A stretch of 64,000 nt of DNA from Lingula anatina (taxonomy: Eukaryota > Animalia > Brachiopoda): contig CM120641.1 in assembly GCA_051362555.1 (NCBI GenBank), positions 41,236,401-41,300,400 of the forward strand. Reading direction: 5' to 3'. A model generated the notes under the pieces. The model was not told the origin of the DNA and did not search any database. It was given only the letters and a program-made list of their open reading frames with translations. The translations under genes and the position numbers were made by a program. Below are positions 47,471 through 64,000 of the stretch, in pieces (the stretch's first letter is position 1; every line of letters starts with the position of its first letter).

Positions 47471-48770
47471 GTTTCTCTTTTGCACGAAAAAAAATCCATC
47501 TACACTTTCTGACCAATTTTTATGGGGCAGTAAAAGTTGCTTGGATAACAAGACCACTAAAAATCTCATAGACAAATCACAACTTTATAATGGTTTTAGT
47601 CTTGTGAGTTATACTTCTGGGAAATATATAAAATACCTATAAAGAGACAAAAATAGTTTTTCTGATCATTTTATTATTTTTCCCTAATTTTAAAACAAGT
47701 ATGTTACGTTACATTTAGGTAACTTTTGGATTACCAAAGAAGTTTACAACTTGCTAAATAATAAAAAAGATACAATATGCACAAGGGGTGAGAGGAAGCC
47801 TTCACACATAACTTGGCTTTCTGTACAATTCCTTTTTAATTAAATTGTTGTAGTCAAAGATGGCAAAATACATTTCCTGTAACAGATAACAGAGATGTTA
47901 AGAAAGCAAAATGTTAAATAGATTGGAAATAAAATGTCAAAAAGGCCATTTTCTGCCCAGGAACAAAAGTTTGTAGATCCACACGGATTTGTCTATCACA
48001 TCAATTGCATGCATATCATTTTTATAGTGATCTGCAGTTGCAACATAAGAAAGCAACAGCAAGATAATTTGGGGCACACTTTGAAACTCGAGTCCAAAGC
48101 AATAACCTGAATTACACTATAAAATAAGAAATTACTTTCACTGGTATTCATTCATAAGTTTAGTTACACTACTTATGGTATTGTGTTGTTAAATTGTTTG
48201 TAATAATGTCAGTTCTCCCAATAAACATTTTTTTGATAATTTGAATATTGCCAAAAACATCTTTGCCCAGTGTACGCAATAAAAAATGCTACCAGAAATG
48301 CCTCAGAATTCAGGTAAAGAGGACACCTGCAAGTACAAGAATGTATTGCTTTCTTGGGTAGCATATCAGCAGTTGTGTTCAGTTGAAGCTGGGAAATGAG
48401 CTGTATGCTTAGCCCATGGCTTAAAATAAGCCTGACACTTATATGACACTGCCTCAGGCTATATAATGCTGCCAAATTTTAATGAAAAAGAAATAATAAA
48501 ACGGTGGACACAAAATGCCGAACTAGGTTTCCAACTCAACATTTGCAAGATGTACAGGGCCTTTGAATGCCTGTGTAAACTTTTTTCTGCACTGTTCCAT
48601 TTCAACCTTGGGATAGCATAGCCTACAGATTCCTCCTTAGAATTTTTCATCAGTTCTCCTTGTCTGTGATAAACTTCTATCAGGTTGTCACAGATTCAAC
48701 ATTCTTACTAGTGCAGAAGGCATTCAACCGGGATAATAAAGAAGGGAGGGATAGAAGTATGCAAATTCTT

Positions 48771-62103
<13,333 letters not shown>

Positions 62104-64000
62104 CTGCAATGCAATTGTCAATACATATTTCAGAAAATTGGCAGAAAAAAAAACTTTTGCATAAATTAAACATGGTCTTCAGTCTTAACATTCAGATTAT
62201 TAAGTTAAATGGTGATACCTATGATGACTGGAAAAACTATTCAAGAAGAAAATAAATAGCACTGATGATTTAATAATTTTTTTCTGTAAATTTTATATTA
62301 AAAATGTTTGTCACTTCTGAATGTTAATGCTATTCAGAGGAAGGAGCACACATCAAGCATTCCTCATGTCCATAATAACTTAATAATGTAAGAACTTAAT
62401 GTGTTCTATTTCTTTTACCGCCTGATAAATAAGTTAAGCAACATGTTTTGTGCAACTCTTCTTTTAGCAATTTTCATAAAATATTTGCAAATGGGAAATG
62501 ATCAGTCACACTAAAACAAATGTTGTATAACCAACATATTGTCTATTATTCCACATGGGTACCCACTGTGGCCCAAAAATTGGTATAAAAATCAATACAA
62601 AGCCACACATGTAAACACACATTAAAAATCCAGTTGATAATGCACATATATTAAAATATTTATTACCATTAAATCCAAATAGTTTTAGAATTTCATTCAT
62701 CTGCCAGAAACACTGTTTATCTTCAAAGTATAGATAATATATCCCATTACTGCACAACATTATACTAGGGATTCACATTGCTGTGTATGTGTGGGAGTAC
62801 AACTAAATTCCTATTAAAATTTTCTCTTTCTCAGTTCTGATAATCAATCAATATATACTGCAGTAAGTAATAATTAGATAAAAAAAAACTAGTCATTTAG
62901 TAATTGTAATCAACTGAAAGTCTTGTCACATGGCATGTTACCACGGTCTAGGCATGTTAAATCAACATTCATTTTCTCCAGAGACAAAATGGTCATTAAC
63001 CACATCCTATGTTTGCTATAGGATCAATTGTCTATTGAATAACTGCTTAATATGTAGGAGTACTGGTAGGTGTAGAAATATAAAATGATATTTGTTTCTT
63101 AACAATGACATACAATACTTGTGGGTATTTGTTTTTAAATCTACATATGTATGTATGTACATCAAAGTTTTTTTCACGGCCAGTTGAGGCCTTGTGACCT
63201 TATAATCTTCTTCTTCCTCCTCTTATTATCATTATTGTTTGATTTTCAACTTGAACATTTTGAAAGTTCTGTTGTCAATGTGCATTTAAACCCCTCAGTA
63301 CATTTGAGTTACCTGTGACCAAATGCCCCCCCCCCCAAAAAAAAAAATAATAATAAATAAATAAATAAATAAATAAATGAAAAAAGAAGTAAAAATCATC
63401 ATCAGTCTGTACAATACAACACCAAAATTCAAAGTCATGCAAATAGACTATTGGTGGCAATGAATTCAAAGACTGAACTAAAAAGGGTATTTATGAGGTA
63501 ATAGGAGATGACATTGTCCACATAATGCTACAGCATGGTACAGATTTATACAATGCAAAGAAGGCCATGCTCTCAGTAATCTCATAATACTGACAGATTT
63601 CATTTTCTAGCAACCAAAATGCAACAGACAATTATAAGAGACTTAGTTTTATTTTTTTTTACCAGAATACTTCAAATAGTGTGATGGCTAACTGTCTCTT
63701 GCTATTTATAGATAATTTGTGACAGGTGATACTCATGCACATATGGCTGTATGGGGCTAACACTCCTGATAGAATTATTATGAAATACTACAGTACTATA
63801 TTACCGAAGTTGTGACATGAATCCTTCAGGATAATTTTTCTACCCAAGTGTTCCTAAGACCTTGGGGATTGAAACTATTTTGACTTAAATGGATGATAAA
63901 ATTACTTTGACACCAATCACCACCCCAAATACTATCAGACATGACAACTTGGCAAGGATAGAGGGGTGAGTGAGTAGCATTAGTTACAATATGCTATCAT

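Overview
AT-rich, intron-dense animal genomic DNA, probably a bivalve mollusc such as an oyster (inferred from the HINE/Helentron-type repeats and gene style). I assembled five protein-coding genes by hand from GT-AG exons. (1) CCDC57 on the - strand, 5' part only, with the 3' end beyond the left edge. (2) A single-coding-exon gene for a signal peptide/FN3/transmembrane protein on the + strand, apparently nested in a CCDC57 intron. (3) An LRR gene head-to-head with CCDC57. Its spliced C-terminus resembles COPR5 and ends in a PRMT5-binding-motif-like peptide (GQFDDVD); this is the main candidate for a novel system. (4) An IRSp53/BAIAP2-family I-BAR-SH3-WH2 gene on the - strand. (5) USP7 on the - strand, with its first exon outside the window. 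An IRSp53 intron holds a structurally complete ~2.9 kb non-autonomous Helentron (HINE) with ~12 copies of a 146-bp satellite, nearly all carrying a DR1 nuclear-receptor element. There are also MITE remnants, microsatellites and duplicated splice acceptors. Exon coordinates were read manually and may be off by a few bases.
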